A stretch of 33,453 bases of DNA from an uncultured Bacilli bacterium (GTDB lineage Bacteria > Bacillota_I > Bacilli_A > RF39 > UBA660). The notes under the pieces were generated by a model. The model saw only the letters and a program-made list of their open reading frames with translations, was not told the DNA's origin and did not search any database. The position numbers were made by a program, and so were the translations under genes. The stretch is from the NCBI GenBank assembly GCA_947589165.1, contig CANQCH010000002.1, positions 1-33,453 on the forward strand, in the 5' to 3' direction. Shown here in pieces: positions 23,868 through 32,254 of the stretch (its first letter is position 1; every line of letters begins with the position of its first letter).

Positions 23868-24785
23868 TTAGTTTTCTTTTTTGCAGATTTTTTTAGTAGC
23901 GTATAAAGTAGTCCCTAAGCTTAAAGTACCAAGAACAAAGAATGAAGTAATACCATCAAAAGTATCTGGGTTTTTACTAGCTTCATTATCCTTTTTTACT
24001 TCTTTAAATGTTACAGTTATTTTTACATCTTTATCTGGCATAACAAATTTGTTATCAACAACTTTAACATTTTCATCATCAACGACAATTTTGTCAAGTT
24101 CATAACCTTTATCCGCCGTAATTTTTAAAGTAACTTCGGCTCCCATTAAGGCTGAAGTAGGCACTTCAACTGTACCATGTTCTGTTACAACAGTAATTTT
24201 ATGCGTATGATCAGTTTCGGCTTGTTCTTTCGTTTCCGTATAAATTTGTTCATTCCATACTGGTTCATCAGAATGATCACTATCATTAGATTCATCTTTT
24301 AAACTAATTTTCGCAAATTCAACAACTAAATGGATTTTTTGTTGATAGTCTTTGCCTTCTCCATCTTTCCAAGATAAAGTAAAGTCTTTCGTTAAATTTG
24401 GTTTTAATTCAGCAACGGCTTTCGTAATATCTTCTAATTTGAAACCAAAATATTCTGTAATTATATGATTAGAACCAAAATTTTCATTATCACCACTTAT
24501 TTTGGCATTTTGAGATCCACTTGGCATGGTAAATTCTAGACCAACCCACGCATAACCATCAGGGCGATTTAAAACGGAACTATCTAGTAAATGCCATTCC
24601 CCAGCATTAACTGTTACAGTAACAAGTTCGGTTTTACTACCTTCAATACCAATTGGTACAGTAGATGGTAAAGTATCTTCTTTCGTAACATTTTTTACTT
24701 CCGGATATTCTTCTGCTGCATTAACACCAACGATTAAACCAAATGAACATAACGCAAGTGTTAACAAACCTAATATTTTTTTCAT
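23868..24785 (-). CDS. Cell-wall-anchored surface protein, candidate sortase B substrate with an NPDTF-type sorting signal
   Basis: Signal peptide MKKILGLLTLALCSFGLIVGVNA/AEE. The C-terminus is SKNPDTFDG, then a hydrophobic stretch ITSFFVLGTLSLGTTLYA, then the basic tail KKICKKEN. The segment HKITVVTEHGTVEV...GAEVTLKITADKGYELDKIVVDDENV...FVMPDKDVKITVTF resembles an InlB B-repeat-type domain. Confidence 0.75.
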   Translation of the reverse strand: MKKILGLLTLALCSFGLIVGVNAAEEYPEVKNVTKEDTLPSTVPIGIEGSKTELVTVTVNAGEWHLLDSSVLNRPDGYAWVGLEFTMPSGSQNAKISGDNENFGSNHIITEYFGFKLEDITKAVAELKPNLTKDFTLSWKDGEGKDYQQKIHLVVEFAKISLKDESNDSDHSDEPVWNEQIYTETKEQAETDHTHKITVVTEHGTVEVPTSALMGAEVTLKITADKGYELDKIVVDDENVKVVDNKFVMPDKDVKITVTFKEVKKDNEASKNPDTFDGITSFFVLGTLSLGTTLYATKKICKKEN

Positions 24786-24863
24786 TTATCTTTCCTCCTA
24801 TTTTAAATTAGGTACTATTAGGTTAAGTACCTTTTCTTAATTTCATAATAACAAAGTCATAAT

Positions 24864-24892
24864 AAAAAAATCAAGTAAAATTATTTACTTGA
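24864..24892 (-). terminator. Rho-independent terminator after efp
   Basis: Minus-strand transcript TCAAGTAA-ataatt-TTACTTGA followed by TTTTTTT, starting 7 nt after the efp stop. Confidence 0.65.
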
Positions 24893-24898
24893 CACTTT

Positions 24899-25459
24899 TT
24901 ATGCTCTACTTGAATATTTACCATCTTTAGTGGAAATAATTATTTTTTCTCCTTCATTAATAAATAAAGGAACTTTAACGGTATAACCAGTTTCAATTTT
25001 GGCATCTTTAGTTGCATTAGTTGCTGTATTACCTTTAACGGCTGGTTCCGTTTCAATAACTTCATATTCAACTTTTTCTGGTAAAGAAATACCAATTATT
25101 TCGCCTTCGTAAGATTCAATATCAATTTCCATACCTTCTTTAATAAAGTGAACCGCATCCCCTAAAGTAGAGGTTGGAATTTCAATTTGTTCATAAGTAT
25201 TAGAATCCATAAAAACATAATCGGTTCCTTGATTATATAAATATTGGGCTTTAACTTTATCAACATGAGCTCGCGTAATTTTAATATTCGTATTATAAGT
25301 ATTTTCCACGATTGAACCGGTACGTAAATTTCTTAATTTAATTCTAACGAAAGCTGGACCTTTACCAGGTTTAACATGTTGAAATTCCACAATATTACAT
25401 AAGTTACCATCAATAATAATGGTCATTCCATTTTTAATATCGTTAATATTAATATCCAT
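24899..25459 (-). CDS. efp: Translation elongation factor P
   Basis: 186 aa. Conserved N-terminus, including the HVKPGKGPAFVRIKLRNL loop with the modified-lysine position. Three-domain length. AAGGTGA RBS 11 nt after the rpmG stop. Confidence 0.95.
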   Translation of the reverse strand: MDININDIKNGMTIIIDGNLCNIVEFQHVKPGKGPAFVRIKLRNLRTGSIVENTYNTNIKITRAHVDKVKAQYLYNQGTDYVFMDSNTYEQIEIPTSTLGDAVHFIKEGMEIDIESYEGEIIGISLPEKVEYEVIETEPAVKGNTATNATKDAKIETGYTVKVPLFINEGEKIIISTKDGKYSSRA

Positions 25460-25470
25460 CTTTTCACCTT

Positions 25471-25635
25471 CTATTTCTTTTCTTTAAATGTTACCGTTTT
25501 CCGGCAAGTTGGACAATATTTATTTAGTTCCAAACGATCAGTTGTATTTTTCTTATTTTTTTCCGTTGGCCGAATTTCAAAACCACAATTAGGACATTTT
25601 AATTGAGCTCGAACTCGATTTTCTTTTTTAGCCAT
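25471..25635 (-). CDS. rpmG: 50S ribosomal protein L33 (zinc-ribbon form); not in the supplied ORF track
   Basis: Hand translation gives MAKKENRVRAQLKCPNCGFEIRPTEKNKKNTTDRLELNKYCPTCRKTVTFKEKK (54 aa). It has the L33 hallmark K/N-rich centre, RLELNKYCP.C and the CxxC...CxxC cysteines. GAGGTGGAAAC RBS. Promoter at 25666-25694. Confidence 0.85.
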   Translation of the reverse strand: MAKKENRVRAQLKCPNCGFEIRPTEKNKKNTTDRLELNKYCPTCRKTVTFKEKK

Positions 25636-25665
25636 TAGTTTCCACCTCGCTTTGATTTCTTAACC

Positions 25666-25694
25666 ATTATACCAAACTTTTAATTTTTTTCCAA
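25666..25694 (-). promoter_or_regulatory. Promoter of the rpmG-efp unit
   Basis: Minus-strand TTGGAA (25689-25694), 17-nt spacer, TGGTATAAT (extended -10, hexamer 25666-25671). Confidence 0.6.
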
Positions 25695-25741
25695 CAAAAA
25701 ATAAAGTAATCAATGAAAATATCTTAACTATCGATTACTTT
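25695..25741 (-). terminator. Possible terminator after the PBP gene
   Basis: Minus-strand 9-bp stem AAAGTAATC / GATTACTTT with a large 21-nt loop, followed by ATTTTTTG. Confidence 0.4.
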
Positions 25742-25759
25742 ATGCTTAATTTGACCAAT

Positions 25760-27715
25760 TTATGCCGCCATTTTGGTACTTAAGTACTCAGTTAAGGCAT
25801 TAGTTATCCGTCTTGCCCCATAATACATGGTATTACTTGATCCATTATGATGCGAAATATTGGGCGTAATTACTACCACACTATATTGGGGATCATTAAA
25901 GGGGAAATAACCGGCAAAGGTGGAAGTAATGGTTGCTACATCTTGTTTCCCATCCCCATCAGTATCAATGAAAGTTTCACTGGTGCCCGTTTTTCCCACC
26001 GGATTTAAAGCTTGATTGACAAAACCCTTCCCGGTTCCAGCTAATAAAACTTTATTTAAACCTAAACGAATCCGCTTTAAGTATTCTTCATCGAGATCAA
26101 CCCGATTTAAAACTTGAATTGTCGCGGGCGCAATCACTTTAGTCGCACTTCTAATTTCTTTTTTTAGGCTTAAAGCCATCCGTTTTCCCGAGGCCACACT
26201 ATTAATGTATTGAATAACTTCTAAAGGCGTATAAGTATCATACTGACCAATAGTTAAATTAAGGAGTAAATCATCCGCGATCCTCGAACCCTTAATCCCT
26301 GTTACCTCGCCCGGTAAATCAATCTCAGTTAGGGCGCCTAACCCAAAGGAAGCTAACATATCGCGATAAATTTGAAAATGTTCGGCCGTCGCGTTTAATT
26401 CCATATTAGGATAATACTTTTGGCCCGTTAAATTAATGGCAATTAAAAATTGAAAATAATTACTAGATTGAGCTAAAGCATCTAAATCATTAATTCGTCC
26501 TAAGCGTTTATGACTACATTTGGCCGGGACAAAATTTAATTTAACACACCCATCAGTGATATATTTACCCACTTCAAATAAGTGATATTTATATCCTACC
26601 GCAATGGTGGCCCCTTTTACCGCCGAACCAATTGTAAAGGAGGCTTTTAAATTATTAGTCGCAACATCACTAAAGGTGCCATCACTATTTAATCTTTGGC
26701 CGGCCATCGCTAAAATATGTCCCGTCGCAGGATCACTAACCAAAGCATAACTTTCCCGATAATATTCCGTATTAGCATAACTTTTTTTTCCTAATAATAT
26801 TTTTTCTTGTAAAATTTTTTCCGCTTCCTTTTGAATATCAATATCGATCGCAAGCACTAAATCATGGCCTTTTTGGGCCGGTTTAATCAAAGTTAAAGTA
26901 TTATCCGCATTAACTTTATAAAGAGCCTTTTCCCCTTTTAAATAGTCTTCATATTCTTTTTCTAAATAACTGAGCCCAACGACATCAGTTAATTCATAAC
27001 CGGCTTGTAAATACTTATCTTTTTCTTCTTTTGGAATACTTCCTACCGTACCTAAGATACTTTTCATCACGTTATCGTATAAATAAATGCGTTCCCAAGT
27101 CATTTCTACCGTTACCCCGGGAAGATAACTTTCCGAAACTAAAGCACATTCTTCGGCACTAGCGGCCGCTAGAATTTCCTTTTTGGCATATGTTAAGCCC
27201 TTATTCATGGCCGCATAAATATAAGCAATTTTCCGATCTAACGGACTAAATTCATTTAACATCTCGGGCGTAATACGCTCTAATTTTAATTTTTCCAGAT
27301 CGGCCGTTTTTATTTTCCGTTCGGCTAATAATTGATATTCGGCTTCCGTAATTAAATTTTTCCCATTATCATTTAAAATTAACCAATATTTTTTTAAATC
27401 ACTTTCACTTCCCGCCGGAACATTTAAAATTTTCGCTAAATCATGCGCAATAGCTAATTCTTCGGTAAAACTAATTCCTTTAATTTTATGATACATGATG
27501 GTATTAATCCCTTTATTATCGACAATTACTTTCCCATTAGTATCAATAATTCGCCCTCTAGGTGCACTTAAACCTTGAATCGTAATATCGGTTTTTTGAG
27601 CTAATAATTTTTCGTATTGGTTATTTTTCACGGCCCCAAGAAAAAATAATCTAATCCCGATAATTAGAAAGAAAAAAATAATGATTAGATATATGCCAAA
27701 GCTTTTTTTCTTCAT
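25760..27715 (-). CDS. Class B penicillin-binding protein (PBP2-type transpeptidase)
   Basis: N-terminal TM anchor, a PBP dimerisation-type N-domain, and transpeptidase motifs S-A-V-K (FTIGSAVKG), S-S-N (AQSSNYF) and K-T-G-T (GKTGTSE). Confidence 0.9.
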   Translation of the reverse strand: MKKKSFGIYLIIIFFFLIIGIRLFFLGAVKNNQYEKLLAQKTDITIQGLSAPRGRIIDTNGKVIVDNKGINTIMYHKIKGISFTEELAIAHDLAKILNVPAGSESDLKKYWLILNDNGKNLITEAEYQLLAERKIKTADLEKLKLERITPEMLNEFSPLDRKIAYIYAAMNKGLTYAKKEILAAASAEECALVSESYLPGVTVEMTWERIYLYDNVMKSILGTVGSIPKEEKDKYLQAGYELTDVVGLSYLEKEYEDYLKGEKALYKVNADNTLTLIKPAQKGHDLVLAIDIDIQKEAEKILQEKILLGKKSYANTEYYRESYALVSDPATGHILAMAGQRLNSDGTFSDVATNNLKASFTIGSAVKGATIAVGYKYHLFEVGKYITDGCVKLNFVPAKCSHKRLGRINDLDALAQSSNYFQFLIAINLTGQKYYPNMELNATAEHFQIYRDMLASFGLGALTEIDLPGEVTGIKGSRIADDLLLNLTIGQYDTYTPLEVIQYINSVASGKRMALSLKKEIRSATKVIAPATIQVLNRVDLDEEYLKRIRLGLNKVLLAGTGKGFVNQALNPVGKTGTSETFIDTDGDGKQDVATITSTFAGYFPFNDPQYSVVVITPNISHHNGSSNTMYYGARRITNALTEYLSTKMAA

Positions 27716-27777
27716 GTTTAATCATTATTTAGTATTGCAAAATTCTTTTAAAACATACAATATATTAGGTGGTTTTA

Positions 27778-28041
27778 ATGTATAGTATAATTGAAAAATA
27801 TATGGCCCGCTTAACCGTTCAAGATGTTAATAACTTTGCTTTAAGTAAAAATTGTGAATTAAGTCCCGAAGAATTAAATTTTACTTTTTTATTTATCAAG
27901 AAAAATTGGCAAGAAATTTTGAAAAATCCTAGTCTTTTTGATATCAATCATTACCAAAGTCACTATTCACCAGAAAATTTTGCCAAAATTAAACAAGTTT
28001 ATAACGAATACTTTAATCGGTTTAGTCAATATTTAAAATAA
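27778..28041 (+). CDS. Small protein, possibly YqfT/DUF2624-like
   Basis: I moved the start to the ATG at 27778 (MYSIIEKY), 5 nt after AGGTGG. 87 aa. Its position next to nfo mirrors B. subtilis yqfS(nfo)-yqfT. The family call is from synteny and memory only. Confidence 0.45.
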   Translation: MYSIIEKYMARLTVQDVNNFALSKNCELSPEELNFTFLFIKKNWQEILKNPSLFDINHYQSHYSPENFAKIKQVYNEYFNRFSQYLK

Positions 28042-28068
28042 AAAATAGTCCCTTTCGACTATTTTTTA
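28041..28068. terminator. Bidirectional terminator hairpin between convergent genes
   Basis: Perfect 10-bp stem AAAAATAGTC (28041-28050) / GACTATTTTT (28057-28066) with loop CCTTTC. It begins at the last base of the + gene stop and overlaps the nfo stop codon. Confidence 0.6.
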
Positions 28069-28934
28069 TTTAGTTCTTCTTTTAATAAAGGATTAAAGGT
28101 TTGCTTTTTTATCATGGCAATTTCGGCTCCATATGGCGCTTTATCTTCAACATAAGGGGTTTCTAAAATTTTCGGAATATCTTTTAATCTTGGTTCATAA
28201 ATAACGTTTAAAAGATTAGCAAAACCAATCGTCCCAAAGCCAATATTTTCGTGGCGATCTTTATGAGTTCCTAACGGATTTTTACTATCGTTAATATGAA
28301 CACACTTAATTTTTTCAAGCCCAATTAATTGCGCAAATTCATCAAGATAAGCCCCAAATTTAGCAATATCCACTCCTGAATCATTTAAATGACACGTATC
28401 CAAACAAACCCCAACTTTATCTTTTAGGTTAACTTGATCTAAAATCGTTTTTATTTCGCTCATGGTTTTACCACATTCGGTTCCCTTACCCGCCATGGTT
28501 TCGAGTAAAATCATTACTTCATCCGTAGGGTTTAAAATATAATTAAGTGCTTCCGCGATATTTGCTAATGCTTGCGAAAGATCTTGTTTTAAATAATTAC
28601 CCGGATGAACAACAATATATTTAACGCCTAATTCCCCGACTCTTTTAATTTCATTTTTTAAAAAACTAATGGAAAAATTCCGACTATCCGCCTTTTCTTT
28701 ATTGGCTAAATTAATAATGTAAGGCGCATGACAAATAACCTTATCTAAATCAATACCTGCTTCTTGCATTAATTGCCAAGCGGCTTTTGTTAAATCGGGC
28801 GTAATCGCCTTGCGAATTGTATTTTGGGGTGCTCCTGTATAAAACATAAAGGTATTAGCCCCATAACTTATAGCTTGCTTAGTTGAACCTAATAATTGTT
28901 CATTACCAAAATTAACATGTGAACCGATAATCAT
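28059..28934 (-). CDS. nfo: Endonuclease IV (AP endonuclease, Nfo family)
   Basis: I moved the start to the ATG at 28934 (MIIGSHV), with AAGAGGT upstream. The longer ORF-track start would run through the predicted promoter. Conserved Nfo blocks: GANTFMFYTG, CHAPYIINLA, VVHPG, LETMAGKG, CLDTCH, HINDS. Confidence 0.93.
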   Translation of the reverse strand: MIIGSHVNFGNEQLLGSTKQAISYGANTFMFYTGAPQNTIRKAITPDLTKAAWQLMQEAGIDLDKVICHAPYIINLANKEKADSRNFSISFLKNEIKRVGELGVKYIVVHPGNYLKQDLSQALANIAEALNYILNPTDEVMILLETMAGKGTECGKTMSEIKTILDQVNLKDKVGVCLDTCHLNDSGVDIAKFGAYLDEFAQLIGLEKIKCVHINDSKNPLGTHKDRHENIGFGTIGFANLLNVIYEPRLKDIPKILETPYVEDKAPYGAEIAMIKKQTFNPLLKEELNKK

Positions 28935-28956
28935 TTTTACTACCTCTTTATTTTCG

Positions 28957-28985
28957 ATTATAAAATAAATTCCGCCTATTTGCAA
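28957..28985 (-). promoter_or_regulatory. nfo promoter
   Basis: Minus-strand TTGCAA (28980-28985), 17-nt spacer, TATAAT (28957-28962). Confidence 0.6.
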
Positions 28986-29008
28986 GAATATGGCCTCTTA
29001 TTTAACTA

Positions 29009-29033
29009 AAAATAAAAACTAGGAATTCCTAGC
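29009..29033 (-). terminator. Weak terminator after recO
   Basis: Palindrome CTAGGAATTCCTAG (29019-29032), usable as a 5-bp stem with a 4-nt loop, followed on the minus strand by TTTTTATTTTT. The stem is short. Confidence 0.35.
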
Positions 29034-29034
29034 T

Positions 29035-29766
29035 TTATAATGATACTAACTTTTTTAAAAAATCTTTACTTTTTAAATATAGGCCCGTATAACGATCATA
29101 ATATAAATCTAAAAAGAAATTAATTTCTTTTTTGGTTTCATCATCAATATCTAACTTTGAGATACTTTTAATATTGACATAATAATACATCCGTAGCATT
29201 TGAATAACTTTTTTGGCAACAATTCTTTCATCGGTTAGACAATTTAAGCAAATGTAACCTCCCTTATCACCATCAATGGTCGCAATATTCGTTTTACTAC
29301 CACAGATAATACATTCATTTAAATTAATCCCTACCCCCAGATAATCTAAAAACTTTAATTCTAAAATATTGGTTAAAACTAAAGGATCTAAACCCGCTTC
29401 TAGTTTTAAAATCGTATTAATAAAATCATCGTAAACGATTGGTTCCTTACTTTGTTTTAAAACTTGACTCGTTAATTCCACTAAATAAGATAAATAACTT
29501 ATTAAAATAATATCGCTATTAATATTTTTTAACGGATTAATTATATCCGCACTATGAAATAACGACAGTTTATTTTCTTTATAATAAATATTAAAATAGG
29601 CATAAGTAAATCTTAAAGTTAAGGCTCTATTTTTACTTTTTATATTTTTGGCGCCCTTACATAAAAGACTAATAAGTCCATGTTCTTTAGTAAAAACACT
29701 AACTATTTTACTAGTCTCACCATAAGGCGTTTCTTTAAAAATAAAACCTTCAACTTTTTCTAACAT
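29035..29766 (-). CDS. recO: DNA repair protein RecO
   Basis: 243 aa. N-terminal OB-fold pattern (EGFIFKETPYGETSKIVSVFT). CxxC...CxxC zinc module (CIICGSK...CLNC). Conserved era-yqzL-recO synteny. Confidence 0.9.
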   Translation of the reverse strand: MLEKVEGFIFKETPYGETSKIVSVFTKEHGLISLLCKGAKNIKSKNRALTLRFTYAYFNIYYKENKLSLFHSADIINPLKNINSDIILISYLSYLVELTSQVLKQSKEPIVYDDFINTILKLEAGLDPLVLTNILELKFLDYLGVGINLNECIICGSKTNIATIDGDKGGYICLNCLTDERIVAKKVIQMLRMYYYVNIKSISKLDIDDETKKEINFFLDLYYDRYTGLYLKSKDFLKKLVSL

Positions 29767-29768
29767 GC

Positions 29769-29858
29769 CTATCCTTCTTTTTTATTTTTTTTATACGCTA
29801 AGTAGTCTTCCACTTTACCACTTTTTTTAAATTTTTCCCAAGCATCTTTTTTTTCCAT
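29769..29858 (-). CDS. yqzL: YqzL-family small protein (29 aa); not in the supplied ORF track
   Basis: Hand translation gives MEKKDAWEKFKKSGKVEDYLAYKKNKKEG. AGGTGA RBS. The W..F..(S/T)G...YL pattern and the position between era and recO match Bacillus yqzL. Confidence 0.6.
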   Translation of the reverse strand: MEKKDAWEKFKKSGKVEDYLAYKKNKKEG

Positions 29859-29919
29859 TTTTTCTCACCTATTTTTATCATGATGCTAAAGGAAAAAATT
29901 TATTCACTTGGTAAGTAAA

Positions 29920-30810
29920 TTATTTATCGTAATTTTCGATAAAACCTAATTCTTTTAAGTATTTTTCTTTTTCTTGCCAATTTTTAATGGCCTTCACATA
30001 TAATTCTAAATATACTTTTTTGCCTAATAATTCTTCAATATCACGTCTAGCTAAAGTACCAACCGTTTTAAGCCGGCTCCCATTATGACCAATAATAATT
30101 TTTTTTAGGGAATCCCGGTCGACAACAATGTCCACAAGGATTTTTACAAGGTCCTTCTTTTCTTCAAAGGAAGCCGTATAACAAGTTAAACTATGGGGAA
30201 TTTCATCTTCTGTGACCATTAGTAATTTTTCGCGCACAATTTCACTAACCATGAATTTTTGGGTATTACTCGTATACATATCAGGCGTAAAATAAACGAC
30301 ATCATCAACTAAATATTTTTTAATAATCGTAATTAAATAATCGGTATTATCCTTTTTTAAGGCCGAAACCGGAACAATTTCCGCGAAAGAGAAAAGATCT
30401 TTCGCTTCATTAATAGCTCCTAATAATTGTTCTTTTTTTAGTTTATCAATTTTATTCATGACTAAAATAACGGGAATCTTTTCTTTTTTAAGCATATTTA
30501 AAATGTACTCATCTCCCGCGCCAATTCCAGATGCCACATCAACTAAAAAAAGAATTAAATCGACATCTTTCGTTAAAGATAAAGCTTGTTTATTTAAAAC
30601 TTTCCCTAAACGCCCCCGCGGTTTATGAATTCCCGGGGTATCGACAAAAACAATTTGATAACCTTCTTCATTGTAAATTCCTTGAATAATATTGCGCGTT
30701 GTCCCACTTTTATCACTTGTAATTGCCACTTTCGCATTTATTAAAGCATTTATTAACGTACTTTTTCCGACATTAGGACGACCAATAATACTGACAAAAC
30801 CACTTCTCAT
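29920..30810 (-). CDS. era: GTPase Era
   Basis: G1 GRPNVGKST, G3 DTPG, G4 NKID, and a C-terminal KH domain (KILVDIVVDRDSLKKIIIGHNGSRLK). Confidence 0.96.
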   Translation of the reverse strand: MRSGFVSIIGRPNVGKSTLINALINAKVAITSDKSGTTRNIIQGIYNEEGYQIVFVDTPGIHKPRGRLGKVLNKQALSLTKDVDLILFLVDVASGIGAGDEYILNMLKKEKIPVILVMNKIDKLKKEQLLGAINEAKDLFSFAEIVPVSALKKDNTDYLITIIKKYLVDDVVYFTPDMYTSNTQKFMVSEIVREKLLMVTEDEIPHSLTCYTASFEEKKDLVKILVDIVVDRDSLKKIIIGHNGSRLKTVGTLARRDIEELLGKKVYLELYVKAIKNWQEKEKYLKELGFIENYDK

Positions 30811-30822
30811 GTGCCCTCCTAA

Positions 30823-31218
30823 TTAAAATAAAGCCGCGATATAAGGAACAAAAATAAATAACGCAATAATGGCTTGCATTACACCGGCTACCCCACCAGC
30901 CGCCGAACCACAATCTTTAGCAATTTTAGCTAAAGGATGAAATTTATCGGTCACTAAATCAACAGTTGCTTCAATCGCTGTATTAAGTAATTCAATAGTC
31001 ATTACAACCACTGACGAAATAATTAAAATTGACCATTTAATAAAAGATATTTGAAAAATCAAACCTAATATAATGGTAATAATCGTTCCAACGGCATGAA
31101 TAATTAAACTTTGTTCATTACCATAGGCATATTTTAAGCCATCAATCGAATATTTAATACTATTAAAAAAGCGTTTAATGCCAAAGGTTTTACTTTCTTT
31201 GCGTTTCTTTAAATCCAT
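30823..31218 (-). CDS. dgkA: Diacylglycerol/undecaprenol kinase DgkA
   Basis: 131 aa with three TM helices. Conserved RFFNS...NEQS...HA N-terminus and E..NTAIE motif. Overlaps the ybeY 3' end by 29 nt. Confidence 0.88.
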   Translation of the reverse strand: MDLKKRKESKTFGIKRFFNSIKYSIDGLKYAYGNEQSLIIHAVGTIITIILGLIFQISFIKWSILIISSVVVMTIELLNTAIEATVDLVTDKFHPLAKIAKDCGSAAGGVAGVMQAIIALFIFVPYIAALF

Positions 31219-31636
31219 TTAATACCAACTCCTGCTTATTAAACATTTCCACTTCGGCTTCTTTACTTAAGGTGTGGTCATAACCTAATAAATGTAGGAT
31301 GCCATGAACCACTAAAAAAGCCAATTCCCGTTTTTCGCCATGATGATATTCTCTAGCCTGACGTTGCATCTGGGGAATGGAAACATATATTTCTCCTAAC
31401 TGCCTTCTATTATACTGCAGATGGGCATTATCTTCAAATGCAAATGATAAAACATCCGTCGTACGATCAAGCCCACGATATTTTTTATTTAAAGCTTGCA
31501 TTTTGGCATCATCAATTAAGACAATCGTTAAATCGGCTGACCGAACCTTTTCCATTTTTAAGGCCCGCCGAATAATTTTTTTTAAATAAGCATAATCGGG
31601 ATAACCGTATTCATCAACAATTGTAAACTTATTCAT
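31190..31636 (-). CDS. ybeY: rRNA maturation endoribonuclease YbeY
   Basis: Zinc motif HGILHLLGYDH plus the conserved TDVLSF block. Synteny with dgkA and era. Confidence 0.93.
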   Translation of the reverse strand: MNKFTIVDEYGYPDYAYLKKIIRRALKMEKVRSADLTIVLIDDAKMQALNKKYRGLDRTTDVLSFAFEDNAHLQYNRRQLGEIYVSIPQMQRQAREYHHGEKRELAFLVVHGILHLLGYDHTLSKEAEVEMFNKQELVLNGFKETQRK

Positions 31637-32254
31637 TTAAAATGCTAGCACCCCCATTGATTGTAAAATATACAAAATTATAAGGGCAATAATAATTAAA
31701 CAAATAAAATTATATAAGCCATCCCGTTGGAAAATCCGCGGTAAATGACCTTTAATTGCTTGTAAAGCAATATAAACTAAATAACCAATGATGCCCCCAC
31801 AGACATTTAAGATAATGTCATCAATATCAAAAGACCGGCCAATATTTAATTGAACAAATTCTACCGTGAAACTTACAATCGCACTAATAATTGCCGCTGG
31901 TACAATATTTTTGGATTTGATATAATCGGCCACAAAATAACCAAACGGAATAAAAACTAAAATATTGCCAATCACATTGTAATAAAATAATTTACTCCCG
32001 ACTTTATAACGTAAGATTTCAGTAAAAGGAATAATATTAAAACCGGAACTATTATTTAATTCCACATTAGTTAATAATTGAAATAATAAAAAGATATAGA
32101 TAATAGCTAAAATATTAAAGAACTCTTTATATAAACTCATTTTTTCCCGATGACTATGCCAATAGAAAAAGCGAAGCGAAATCATGGTAACTAAAAAAAT
32201 CATAATAACCGGCCAATTATCATTAATGGTTGTTTTGATTATATTCCATATCAC
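31637..32254 (-). CDS. VanZ-family membrane protein
   Basis: Multi-TM protein with the VanZ-like IIPFTE...N(I/V)LVFIPFG...EF(V/I)Q pattern. The ORF-track start is a GTG at 32254 inside the yqfD 3' end. An alternative ATG at 32203 lacks an SD, so the start is uncertain. Confidence 0.7.
   Translation of the reverse strand: MIWNIIKTTINDNWPVIMIFLVTMISLRFFYWHSHREKMSLYKEFFNILAIIYIFLLFQLLTNVELNNSSGFNIIPFTEILRYKVGSKLFYYNVIGNILVFIPFGYFVADYIKSKNIVPAAIISAIVSFTVEFVQLNIGRSFDIDDIILNVCGGIIGYLVYIALQAIKGHLPRIFQRDGLYNFICLIIIALIILYILQSMGVLAF

Noticed and set aside
24810-24832. 7-bp hairpin AGGTACT-N9-AGTACCT in the leader of the surface-protein gene, as a possible riboswitch or attenuator
   Set aside because: It is too short for any known riboswitch class, has no alternative pairing and no U-tract, and the SD is not sequestered. 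It may affect mRNA stability, but nothing more can be supported.
27716-27777. Divergent promoter pair between the PBP gene and the DUF2624-like gene (TTGCAA at ~27738)
   Set aside because: The candidate -10 elements are at non-canonical spacing (15 nt for TACAAT) or weak (CAATAT), and the PBP gene lacks an evident SD. I could not support specific coordinates.
28935-28985. Longer N-terminal extensions offered by the ORF track for nfo (28985), mutL (12053), gene B (8434), yqeG (13482) and the holin-like gene (1305)
   Set aside because: In each case an internal ATG is preceded by a strong SD at proper spacing, and the shorter protein aligns with the conserved family N-terminus. The nfo extension would also overlap its own predicted promoter.
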